NCBI RefSeq assembly: GCF_016433145.1
Contig: NC_058131.1
Coordinates: 176,286,924 to 176,350,923, forward strand
From: Gracilinanus agilis
Taxonomy: Eukaryota
Direction of reading: 5' to 3'
DNA length: 64,000 nt
A model generated the notes under the pieces. It was given only the letters and a program-made list of their open reading frames with translations, ran no database searches and was not told the origin of the DNA. Below are positions 27,272 to 39,320 of the stretch, piece by piece (within the stretch, counting starts at the first letter, position 1; each line of letters begins with the position of its first letter). A program made the translations under genes and the position numbers.

Positions 27272-27906
27272 TGGTGGTGTCCAACTCAAACAGTAATAGA
27301 CCACTAACATACAGAAGGATTCCTATGAGAAACATATTGACTTAGAAAACCATATGTGAACATTATCTTTGTCCTACTCTTATTTTTTTATTTTGTGAAA
27401 TATTATCCAACTATATGTATAGATAGCCAATTATATATCCAATTATTATCCAATTATGTATTATAATTATCCAGCTAGATGTATAGATAGCCAATTATAT
27501 ATCCAATTATTATCCAATTATATATTATAATGTATAATACATAATGCATGTTTATATGTATAATATATGTGATATATAATATATTATATGAGAACATTAA
27601 TTCAATATTATATGATTATATATTATAAAACTTTTATATTTTTCCTATGCAATTATATAATTGGATAATATGTGTATTGGTTCTAAGGCAGAAGAGCAGT
27701 AAAGGCTAGGCAATGGGGATTAAATGACTTGCCCAGTATCACACAGCTGGGAAGTGTCTGAGGCCAGATTTGAATCTAGGACCTCCCATCTCTAGGCCTG
27801 GCTCTCAATCCACTGAGCCACCTAGTTGCCCCTTATCTAATTATATTTTAATCTGCTTGAGCCATCCACTTGTTGCAGGCCACACACCACATGCTTGACA
27901 ACTGTG
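27272..27906 (+). mobile_element. hAT-type MITE (MdoRep1-like) inserted in the L2 and itself interrupted
   Basis: Left end TGGTGGTGTCCAACTCAAA...CATATTGACTTAGAAAACC; right end GCAGGCCACAC...ATGCTTGACAACTGTG (degenerate TIRs). 8-bp TSD ATTCAGAC (27264-27271) and ATTTAGAC (27907-27914). Confidence 0.7.
27668..27832 (-). mobile_element. SINE-1-like, antisense, inside the MITE
   Basis: Reverse complement of the SINE-1 body ending ...CCACTGAGCCACCTAGTTGCCCC. Confidence 0.9.
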
Positions 27907-28230
27907 ATTTAGACTATTAGAGTAGCCTCTTCAGTAGCCTTCATGTAGTCAGTCTCTGTACTCTCCAATAAAGCTGCCTCTAGATAGCTGCCAAAATAAT
28001 CTTTGTAAAATATTACTCTCCCTTGTCATTCCCCTTTTCCATAATTGTTAGTGGTTCCCTATTGCCTCTAGGGTCAAGAATAAGATATAAACTTTTCAGT
28101 CTTGGCTTTTAACGCTCTTCATAATCTAACTACAAAACGTTTCTGGGCAGCATACACTACTCCTCTTCTATGATCTTCCCAAAGTGGTGTTCTTATTATA
28201 CTGCCCTTGACCTTTTATCCCTTGCCTTTG

Positions 28231-28436
28231 TTTTATTAAACCCTTACTTTCCATCTTAGAATCAATACCATGTATTGGTTTCAAAGCAGAAGAGTGATAA
28301 GGGTTAGGCATTAGGGGTTAAGTGACTTGCCCAGGGTCACACAGCTAAGAAATGTCTAAAGCCACATTTGAAACCAGGACCTCCTTCCTCTCTCTAGTCC
28401 TGGCTCTCAATCCACTGAGCCACCTAGCTGCCCCCC
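28231..28436 (-). mobile_element. SINE-1-like (older, long-tail variant), antisense
   Basis: TTTTATTAAACCCTTACTTTCCATCTTAGAATCAATAC...CCACTGAGCCACCTAGCTGCCCC. Confidence 0.9.
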
Positions 28437-28647
28437 TTACCTTGACTTTTTTTCCTTTTCTCAGGCTATCTCTTATTCCTGGAATACATCTATGCCTCAT
28501 CTCTGACTCTTACAATCCATGATTCTCTTCAAATTATATTTCAGGGATCATTGTCTTCATAATATCTTCTTTAATTCTGCTAATTTTTAGTTCTTTCTCT
28601 TTCCTGAAACACTCTATTTTTGCTCATCAGTATTTATCACAAATACT

Positions 28648-28897
28648 GGGACAGCTGGGTGACTCAGTGAATAGAGGACCAGGCCTGGAGACTTGAATAC
28701 TCATGTTCCTGAATTTAAATCTGGCCTGAGACACTTGCCATCTCTATGTCTGGAGGAAAGTCACTTGACCCTGTTTGCCTCAATTCCTCATGTATAAAAT
28801 GAGTTGGAGAAAAAAGTAGTAAACAACTCAAATGTCTCTGTCAAGAAAACCCCAAATGGGGTCACAAAGAGTTGGACCCAGCTGAAAAATAACTGAA
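28648..28897 (+). mobile_element. Mar1-type CORE-SINE
   Basis: Head, CORE and RTE tail (GAAAACCCCAAATGGGGTCACAAAGAGTTGGAC). Confidence 0.85.
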
Positions 28898-31800
28898 ATT
28901 AAACTTATCATAAAGGTAAACTAGATCCCTGTTATATTTTCCAGTAGAATATAAGCTTCTAAAGAGAAAGGCTTCATTTTTATTTTTTCCTTTATTTGCC
29001 CAGCACCTAGAATGGTTTCTTATAAGTAGTCAATTCTTAGTATTTGTTGAATGTAAAACAAGCACTGAATTTGAAATCACTAGACCTATCTTTAAATCCT
29101 ATACAAGGCATTCAATAAATGCCTGTTGAATTGAACTAAATCATTTTTTAATAGCTAATGAGCTTAGATTCTACCAATTTAGAAATAATTTCCTGGGAAT
29201 AGCCTCTGTGGTTTGAGAAATTAAATTAACTGAATTTAAAACCAATTTTACCTTTATGTGACCATATGGAATGGCAAGATGCTCATTTTTTCTTAAAACA
29301 CAGTCCCTTATGCTGTCCTTCTTTGCATTTGTCTATCTAAATGCTTTCCATTCTTTAAGGCCCAGGATCAGGGCACAATCAGGCCAGTGTCCAAGTCTAG
29401 AATATGTTCTGTGACTGCTTCCTGATGATATTGTCTTGGCAGATGGAATGTGAAAGAAAAGAAGTAGATCATTAGAACTGATCAGGGTTGGATAACAGTG
29501 AGATGATTAAGGTTGAAATTATTAATGGAATAAAAGCCTCAAAGTTATCTATGAGTCCAGCTTTGAAGTAGCTCACTCTGCCGATGAGTCCTGGTTGGGT
29601 ATTAAGGCCAATGAAGTCAGAATAGGAAGAATAAGGGGGGGAGATGGGGATCAATATAGTCTAAGTCAAGATAAGAATGAAGAGCAAGTATAGGAGAAGT
29701 GATAAGGCTGGAAGTAAAAGTGATCAGAAAGGAAGTTTTATCATTTAATTTAATTAGCATTATTATACAATTAAGTAAAAAGGAATTTAAGTAAAGTAAA
29801 AACTATATGCTAGATGTTTTGCTAGATGCTGGTATTAAAAGACAAAAATGAAACTGGTTTTGCCCTCATGAAGCTTATAATCTATTGGGATGAAACAATA
29901 GGTACACAGAAAAATTATATATGTAAAATATAAACACGGAAATTTCCAGGGGGAGGATATATTCAAAATCTTGATGGTAAATCATATCACCATGGTTATA
30001 ATTCCATTGGTGTGACTCTTCTATTGAATAGCTAAACTAGAGGTAGAAGGAATTGCAGGTGAAAAGGGAAAACACTTATGTTTTTTATTTACTTATGTAA
30101 AAGTATTTTTATTTACTTATGTAAAAGAAGATTAGATTTCATATCAGAGGACCAGCTCTGCCATCTGTGGGATGTTGGGCAAGTCAATTAGGTTCTCTGG
30201 GCCTCAGTTTCTTCATATATAAAAGCAGGAAACAGCGTCAAATGATCCTAAAAATGCTTTCCATGTATAGAATTTAGGATCTTTTTGAGCTCTCATCTGC
30301 AAAATGGGTGATAATGATCTAATGACTGTCCCTCTCACAGGGTGGTTACAAAGAGCAAATAAGATAATCAATGCAAAGGGCTTTGGATACTAATAAGGCT
30401 CATGTAAACACTCATCACATCACTGATATTATTCCTTGGCTACTGAAGCCCTCAAACTTTCTCCCCTATCTTCCAATTCCAATAACACCTTTCATAATTT
30501 AACATTGAGTGATAATACCCTAAATTATTTGCTCATTATCATATACAGATGAATTTCATCTCTCTAACTAGATCATAAGCTTCTTATTGCATGGTGTCTA
30601 CCATGGGATATATAGCACAGACCTGGAGATATAGAATGTTCTCATGGATTGTACAGCCTTCCTTAACACGAAACTAGAAGCAACTCATAAAGTCAATGAG
30701 GAGAAAAGTATTCAAATGAAGTGTTTGGTATGGTTCAACACCTAACTTGTAACCCCCAAATCTGCCTTTTTCCACCTCTCTTGTGTACTAGAGATCCATA
30801 ATAAACAACCAACAATAAACAGTTTGAAAAGCACTTTGCCCATATTATCACATTTACCACCCTGTAGGTAGAGACTGGAGATATTATCTCCACTTTGCAG
30901 AGGAGAAGACTGAGGCTCAGGAAAATTATGGTTACACACAAGCTAATAATTGTTAGAAATAGGATTTGAATTCACATATTCCTAACTCCACCCTTTAACA
31001 GGCATTACATCCTCGATATCCTTGCCCTGATAATGCAGTTAAGCAAGCCAGCAATTTTCAAAAAGTTCCTACCAAACCATAATTGGAGGGCTTTCATTTC
31101 CTTGTAAAGGGTTCAGAAACTTTAGAAAAGAAGGAAGCTCCACAGGATGTCTAACAACATTGCTTAGGAATGAATAAATTTGGGCTGCCAGGAAACATTT
31201 TTCGATTATCGACTTGATTTTCTTTTCTCAGTTTCATCCCATTAAAACACCCTACTTTCATTCTCTTCTAACATCCTAGAAAGTTGTTCTCCCTCCTTGG
31301 TATCTCCACGTCCCTCCACTACCTGGCAAGCTTCATTATTTGACTGATACTCCCCCCTCCCCTCAAGTGCTAACTCCATTCTTCAATAAATTCCTGTCCA
31401 TTGTTCTTTGAGATGAAATCAATGGAAATTCCAAAAGCTGTGAGGTTCAGGTGGCAGTAGAATTTTTTAATGAGCTCCTTCAGCCCCTCCCTTCACCTTC
31501 ACACAAAGAATTTTTTTTCTCTTTTTTCTTATCACTGCTGCTTCCCAAAGTACCATATACCTTAATTAAATTATTGCAGTTCTTTTGTGGATTATGAATA
31601 AATCTTCATTTGTTTTCTTTATTAGCATTCGATCTGCTTTTGTTAATTGTGTAAATGTTCCCCGTAGGCAGAAAAGCAATATAGCACAAATGAAGCAGGG
31701 CTTTTTGTTAAGGATAGTCAATTTGATTAACATCACTGTCAATATGATGAATGCAAACACTTTGGAACAGAGTTGCCCGGTAACTTGGAATTGACAATAT

Positions 31801-32879
31801 AATGTGTGTGTCATTAGGACAAGAACAATAAATTCGACATGGTATTATGGCACTGATCTGAGATTCCCCTCAGTTTGGGGTAAAATAATGATCTTAGAGA
31901 CTTAAGTGGCATCTTTCATTCCTAGATTCCGATGCTTACAAATAGACCTCATCGTTAGGATGCTTAAATGATGCAGAAACAGTGGCCTGAATCAGAAATG
32001 AAGGACTAAAACAACATGCCCCAAAGCTAGAAACCCATACTGCTGTGTAAGAAATGGATTGACTAAATCATGGTAGATATATAAGGATAATAAGGATGGA
32101 TTTATAGCAAAAGTAAGCAAATGTCATGGGTACAATTTATAATGTCAACAAAGGAGCTGGGGCCCCATTAGCTTCAAGTACAGACCTCTCTATGATGAAA
32201 ACTCTGTCCAACATAGTAAACCAGAGGACTATCCAACAGGGAATCACAGGAAACAATAATCCTGCATCAGAATTCTTGTAGTCCATATTCTCTTGAAGCT
32301 TACAATCTAGTAATATTATGTCAATGAGCAGGTGGAAAGGAGACGTGGAATTCTCAGAGGTAGTATGATGTAGTGGCAAAAGCACTGACGTGTTTGTCGT
32401 CCTCATTCAAGCCCTTGCTCTGACATTTACTGAGGATCTGAACCCTGACTAGCCAGTGAACCCCTTTAATCCATGGTTTCCTCGAGAATAAAGTGTAGAT
32501 AATAAAATGCTAGAAGGGAAAGGAACCTTAGCAGTACTTTAGTTCAACCCCCCACATAATGAAATAATATTTTCTACAGCACCCCTGACAGGTCATCATC
32601 CAGTTTCTGCTTGAATATTAGTTTCTATTAATGATGGGGAAGAGAAGGGAGGAGGTTACCAATTTACGACACAGAACGCTACATTATTGTTCTAGTTATT
32701 AGAAAGTATAGCTTCTGTTCATTGTGTGTGGAATGCTCATAGGATTGTCAAAAGGAAAGTGGATTACAGAGGAGTGAGTTACTGGTATTATAAAATGTGA
32801 GTTATTGGTATTTTTATTTCTTTGGGTAGGGGAAAAAATGGAGAACATGAGCCCTAGTGGATTGTTTAGGGTGACAATA

Positions 32880-33350
32880 AAAACAGCTTCAGAAGGACAT
32901 CGGTAAACTGGATTGTTTTCAGAAGAGGACAAATAGGGTGGTAAAGGTCCCTGAGTACATGTGATTAGAGGATTGTTTGAACCAGGATTGTTACAATAGA
33001 GAAAGGAATTATTAAGGGGGACATGATACCTGTCTTCAAATACTGGAAGGGCTGCCATATGGAATAGAGATAAGGGTTGTTCTATTTGGCCCCAGTGAAA
33101 GAAAAAGAAGAGCAATTTTTGAAGATTGCAAGACAAACTTGGGCTTGCCAGAATGAATTTTTTAAAATCCATGCAATCAGAATGGTTGCAAAGTGGAATA
33201 GGTTCCTATGAAAAGTAATCTTTTGAGATTTTCAAATAGATATTGCATGGCCAATATCAAGTATGTGGCAAAATGGATTCTTTTTCAAATATGGGTTTGA
33301 CTAAAGAGTTGTTGAGGTCACCTCCACTGAATTCTAAAATTTTAATGATT
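32880..33350 (+). mobile_element. L3/CR1 3' end
   Basis: Translates to KDIGKLDCFQKRTNRVVKG and GDMIPVFKYWKG (CR1 C-terminal motifs KLE.VQRRA and RGDMI.VFKYLKG), followed by a CR1-like 3' tail. Confidence 0.8.
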
Positions 33351-34486
33351 TTATGAAACACTTCAAAAACAAAACCATGTCTTTTTAAGATAATGAGCTT
33401 CTAGAGGCAGAGAAGGCAAGGCCTATTGATAGAAAATGAAATTTAAAGTCAATGGATCTTTGTTCAACTCTCAGTACACAGTATTGATTCTAAGTCGGAA
33501 AGTTAAGGTTTTAAAAAAATAAAAGGTGTAGTTTCTTGGAGTTTGGGGGGTGGGAGGAGAGCACTAGTACTGAAATCAGAAGACCTGGGATCCAATCTCA
33601 AATTTGATTCTAATTAGCCATACGCATGAGCAAATCATTTAACAACTCTCTGCCTAAAAATTTTTATCTAGAAAATGTAGATAATACTTGAACAATCTAC
33701 CCTCTCTGGGTTTGGCTGATTTCTATTATTTTATTTTTTTGAGAAGAGAAAAACACATTACAAATTTTATAATATTATAGATAGTTTGAGCTATTGTTAT
33801 CATTCTAAGAAATCAAATAAAAATGTGAGTGCCTCCAATAGCCCACAGGCACCACAAAGGTTATGACCAGGTATAATAATAGATCACCAAGCCCTTTTCC
33901 AATACACAGAGAATTATTTTCACTCCTCTCCCTATGGACAAGCCAAGTTGGCCAATGAGTAAGGCCTCTGGATTCCCAGATAAAAGTGGTTGGTCTCTGA
34001 ACAACCCTTGCCTATTGATTTTTAGTGCTTTTCTAATATATTCCCTCCATGTATTCTGAAGATAGTAGGATGCTGTAGAATAGAAGTATATCACTTTCCT
34101 TGTCTGTCTGTGTTCAAGAAAAGGTAAGAGGGAAGTTATTGGGTGGAATAAAGGAATATGGAAGGAAGGAGAGATTTCACTGTGCGTAGGGTACTAGACA
34201 TGAAGTCAGGAGCGTGGAGTTCAAGTCTAGTGGCCCTGGGTGGCATTTACTTTATCTTTGTCTCATTCTACATACAAAGAATTTAAGGGTTGAGAGATTA
34301 ACTGAATTACAAGGCTCAGATCAAATAGTAAAAATCAGATTAAGGATATAAACAGAGATAGGTCCTCTGACTCCAAATCCTGAGATGTTGCCCATTACAT
34401 CAAGCTACATGAATAAAATGAAAGGATTGGACTTGATGGCTTCTGAGATCTCTTCTAACTCTGTATCTATGATCCCATGATCCTAT

Positions 34487-34738
34487 GGCAGGTAGATGGT
34501 GTGATGGATAGAGTACCATGCCTAGAGTCAGGAAGACCCATCTTTGTGAGTTCAAATGTGGCCTCAGACACTTATTAGCTGTGTGATCCTGAGCAAGTCA
34601 CTTAACCCTGTTTGTCTCAGTTCCCTCATGTGTCAAAAGTACTGGAAGAGGAAATGGTGAACTAGTATCTTTACCAAGACAACCCTAAATGTAGTCACAA
34701 ATAATTGAGCATGTCTGAAAAAATGAATATAACAAACA
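34487..34738 (+). mobile_element. Mar1-type CORE-SINE
   Basis: Head with B-box GAGTTCAAATG, CORE and RTE-type tail. Confidence 0.85.
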
Positions 34739-35319
34739 ATAGATAGATGTAAAAGAGAGAAAGAGCTTTCTCTTAGACTGAAGAGTAGGGTTAATTGAAT
34801 TTTGTAGTAAGTTTTTAAAAATCTGATTAAGGAGGTCAAGTGCCTTGGCTAAACACAGACCAGCAAGTTTTGGTGTGAGCTATAATAAATTCATAATCTA
34901 TGTGAAACAAAGAAAGATTTTGGAAGTTGAAAGATCTCTGGAATTTTAAGAAAGGGAATTTGACTTGTAGTTTTGGTTCTACAAAAATATGATTTAGTGA
35001 CTTTGAACAAATCGTTAATACTTCTGGGATTCAATTTCCTAATCTACAAAATGAGATTAGACTAAGTAATCATTAAAAATAATCTATTTAAATACCCTCA
35101 TGAGGATGTTAAAGGACACTGAGAAGTAAAGAGACCAGGCCACTAAGGCATCACAGAATTTTCATTTTAGAAAGGGGTTAAAAATTAATCAACCCTTGAA
35201 TAAGAATTTCCACCTACATTATAATGAGCAAAGTCATCCAGCCTTTAACTGAAGTCCTTTCAAAATTCAGTTTTCTAAAGTTGCTGTTCTTTATTATATT
35301 GTCATTGGGTAAATTCTTT

Positions 35320-35560
35320 CCCTGGTTCTACTCACTTCTCTCTGCATCAGTTCAGAGAGATTTTACTAGTTTTCCCTAAAACTGTCCAGTGTTACATTTC
35401 TTTGAGTGCAATAATATTTCATTACATTTATATAGCATAATTATTTTAAACATTCCCCAATAGGTGGGCACCCTCTTGATTTCCATTTTGAGATTACTAA
35501 AAAAAGAGCTTCTGTAAGTACTTGTACATGTAAGCCCTCTTACTCTTTCTTTGATATGCT
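35320..35560 (-). mobile_element. Old L1 3'-terminal fragment, antisense
   Basis: CACTTCTCTCTGCATCAGTTCA...ATAATATTTCATTACATTTATA...CATTCCCCAATAGGTGGGCACCC. Confidence 0.7.
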
Positions 35561-35612
35561 AGCCTTTCAAATACTTGAAGATAGTGTCCCTTAGCCATTT
35601 AATTACAAGACA

Positions 35613-35812
35613 GGATTCACTGGCAAAGACCCTAAAATAGGAAAAAATCTAACGCAAAAGGAGAATGGTTTGTCAGAGTGTGAGATGAATAGATAGTGCC
35701 ATGAAAAAAACAAACCTAAATTTGGACAGACTTCAGATATAGTGGAGGATAGCAGGGCCTGCAAATCTATGGTTTAAAGGGTCACAAAGAGTTGGACATG
35801 AATGAATAACAA
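35613..35812 (+). mobile_element. RTE (BovB-like) 3' end
   Basis: CACTGGCAAAGACCCT...AAAAGGAGAA...GAGATGAATAGATAGTG...GTGGAGGATAGCAGGGCCTG...GGGTCACAAAGAGTTGGACATG resembles the BovB/RTE 3' terminus. Confidence 0.8.
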
Positions 35813-36649
35813 AGAAAGTATTATTCCCTACCCTGCCATCCCTTACAAACTAGCTCTGAGGCAGCTAGTTGGTGAAGTGGATAGAAGACTGTTCCTGGAT
35901 TTAGGGAGATCTGAGTTCAAATCATCAGTTATTAAACCAAGTATGTGACCCCAGATAAGTCACCTAGCCTTTTTATATTTTGCCTTTTAATTCAGATGTA
36001 AAAAATGGAGATAATAACACCACCTATCTCAAAGGATTATTGTGAGGATCAAAGGAGATATTTGTAAAGGGCTTGGTAGAGTGCCTGGCAAATAGTAGGT
36101 TTCATATAAATGCCACCAAATGACAAACATACCAGGATCCTTTGACCAGTCTTTAAGTGGCATCAACCCAAGGCTTTTTACAATGCTGCTTGCCCTCTGG
36201 ACAAGCAATCTGACAATGCCCGTCATTAATGTAATATCTAGAACTAAACACAATACTAAATCTGTGGTCTGACAAGGACAAAGACCATTAACTCCCAAGT
36301 CCTGAACACTATATCATTCTCAATGTCGCCTAAGGTTTCATTGTATCTAGCTGGCACAGTGAGCCTGGAGTAAGGAAAACATGGGTTCAAATCCAGTCTC
36401 TGACATTTATTCACTATTTGACTCTGGACCAGTTACTTAACCTCTGTTTAACTCACTTTCTTCATCCATAACATGCAGATAATGGATTTGTTATGAGAAA
36501 TGAATGAGTTGATATTTTAAAGGAATTTGAAAACCTGATAGTACTACATAAATATTAGCATTTATTATCATGAGCTCTTATGGCTGCCATATCACACCAC
36601 TGACATATTAAACTGAGAAAACTCTAAAATCTCTATTGTTTACAGATAA

Positions 36650-37205
36650 ACTACTATCTAGTCATATAAACTTGAAAACTTTGTTTTTGAGCCCAAGTAT
36701 AAGATCTTACAGTGATCCCTACTGTATTTGATTATGTTCAATTCTGATCAGTATTATTTTTTAATTCTTTATTATATTGTTTATTTTTATTTTCAGTTCT
36801 AAATTATTTCTGTTGCTCTACTCACTCATTGAGAAGGCAAGATATACGATATATGATACTCATTATACACATGAATAAAAGCAAAACTATTTTTTTTTTA
36901 ATTCTGACACTCTCATCCAATGTGTTAGTCATCTCTCCGGGTTTTGTTTCACCTGCAAATTTGATAAATCTGCCTACTATGCTTTATGCAAGATATTAAT
37001 AATAATGTTAAACAACACAAGGACAAGCACAGATACCTGGAGCAAATCTGCTTCCAAGGAAAAAATAAAATATTATTGGTTCCTTTGGGTGTAGTCATTT
37101 AATCAGTTCCAAATCCAGTTAATTGTATTCTTACATAATTCCCATTTCCCCATTTTTGCCCCCAAAATAGAACGAGAAGTTTTGTCAAGTGCATTGCAAG
37201 TAAGA
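36650..37205 (-). mobile_element. L3/CR1 RT core, antisense
   Basis: The reverse complement of TTCACCTGCAAATTTGAT encodes IKFAGE (CR1 IKFADD catalytic motif); the flanks are typical antisense CR1. Confidence 0.7.
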
Positions 37206-37439
37206 GGTGCACAATTTGGGAAGGGGATGATCAATTCATTGAGTCTTCTCATTAAGCTTAATGAAGTTAAAGGACAAGAAACTCTTTCCAAAGAGTTTTT
37301 TCCCTGACCAAAGACATCCAGGGACACATCTAACTGGCAAGCCTCTATGTCTGTACATACCAATAGCTTACTATTGATAAAGCCCCAGAATGAATGAAAG
37401 TCACTAGAAGATAGTGGAGGCATGACCTGAGAATCTCAG

Positions 37440-39320
37440 GGGAATAACAGCAGGTAATATAACAACATACGGACTGTTATAGTCCGAGTCCAGGACCTCT
37501 GAAGTTATTAATACTCTTTCCTGAGATACAAGGGAGGGCTCTAAAGATCCAGTGCTCTGAATCTCAAGTATTGGGCTAAGGAGGGAGAGACTAACTTAAA
37601 GATGACTCCAAATAGAGACTCAAAAGAAAAAAAAGATTTTCTACATAAGCTATATAAATATCAAGAAGAAATAAAAGAAGAGCAAAAATGAATTAATGTT
37701 AATATGAAAATAATTTTAAGTAGAATAAATACTTTAGACAGGCAACAGATAAATCTTATTTGAAAAATAGAATTCCTGAAAACTAGAATGAAGCAAAAAG
37801 AAATCAATAACTATGTGATAGTAAGAAATCTTACAACAAAATCAAAAGATTGATACAATAGAAGAAAATTTAAGATAGTTGATGTCAAAAACAACTGACA
37901 TAAAAATAAGTCATGGGGAAATAATTTGAGTCATCACTTCTCTGGAAACTATGATTTACAAAAATAAAAAGTTTAAACACTATATTTCAATAAATTATAA
38001 ATTAAAACTGACCATAAAATTAAAAACCAGAGGACAGAGTAAAGACAAAAGGAATTTACTATTTATCTCCTGAAAGGTTTAGGAAGGGCAAAACCTGGGA
38101 ATGTCATAGCAAAATCTAGAGCTCCTGCATTAAAAAAAAAGGGGGGGGGGGAGAAAAGATAGAAGCAATGTTCCAGAAAGAAGCAGTATAAGTTCTGAGG
38201 AAATACAATAATGATCATATAAGACCTAGTAGCTTCTACTAAAAACTGGGAAACATCTTAGAATATTATAGTCCAAAAAGCAAAAAATATAGATATAACA
38301 CCAAGAAATACTTACTCTGAAAGGTCTCCTATAGCTCTATAAGCTACAAAGAGGAAACTGGGCTATAATGGAATGGGAGATTTTCAACTCTTCCTGAGAA
38401 AATACTGTTTTGACTAGAAATTTTGAAATAGAAATACTATGCTCTAGAAGATCTATAAAAAGAAGGCAGGCTAAAAGGGATATACTACTATATAAAGGAA
38501 GAAAAGGGAAAAGAATTTGCTTTTTCTCATAATTGGGATGGATGAGAATATTCAAACATGGAGGAAGGGGAACATCAAATGAATCTNNNNNNNNNNNNNN
38601 NNNNNNNNNNNNNNNNNNNNNNNNNNNNNNNNNNNNNNNNNNNNNNNNNNNNNNNNNNNNNNNNNNNNNNNNNNNNNNNNNNNNNNNNNNNNNNNNNNNN
38701 NNNNNNNNNNNNNNNNNNNNNNNNNNNNNNNNNNNNNNNNNNNNNNNNNNNNNNNNNNNNNNNNNCAAGGATGAATAGTGACAAGCTAAACATATTTAAT
38801 TCTGAAGTGATGACTTAAGGAAGCAGGGGAAAGTGAATAATTCAAATCTAAAGAAATGCTTTAGATTGTCTCTTAGACAACTGGGAAATGGCTCAGCAAA
38901 TAGTTTTATATAAATATAGGAAAATATTACTGAAATGTAAAAATTCTGTGTAGTATGTATGACCTAATGCAAAGTGAATGAAACAGAATCACTAGAATAA
39001 CTTATACAAAAACAACAAACATTGCAAAGAGAAACAATTTTAAAAGGCTTAAAAACTCTGATGAAAGTAATGACCAACTATGTCTCTGGGGGACTGATGA
39101 TAAACTATGTTACCTACCTCCTAAAAAATTGTTGGTTGCCACAAATATAGAAATACACATTTTGAGACATAGCCATTATATGGATTTTTATTATGACTAT
39201 TTGTTACAAGATGCCCTCCCTCTTTTTTTATCTAGTTTGATGGAGAAAGTTGGAGATTTCACAAATAGTGATACCAAAAATAGTGCCATTATAACAATTT
39301 TTTAAGTTTATAGAAGAAAA
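37440..39320 (+). mobile_element. Second old L1/HAL1-like element (ORF1 remnant plus L1-type 3' end), spanning gap 38587-38765
   Basis: 37640-38450 is a decayed ORF1 (coiled-coil to C-terminal domain). 38870-39300 is a 3' end homologous to 5000-5480. Confidence 0.65.

Larger units (their letters stand above)
26585..29060 (+). mobile_element. Fragmented L2 (RT region to 3' end) interrupted by a MITE and three SINEs
   Basis: TCTCTGCAGCTTTTGACACTGTTGGCCAC encodes SAAFDTVGH (L2 RT motif LSAAFDTVDH). Collinear L2 pieces continue at ~27910-28230, ~28440-28620 and ~28900-29060. Confidence 0.75.

Noticed and set aside
32699-33172. 157-aa minus-strand ORF
   Set aside because: Antisense reading of an L3/CR1 remnant; no recognisable protein.
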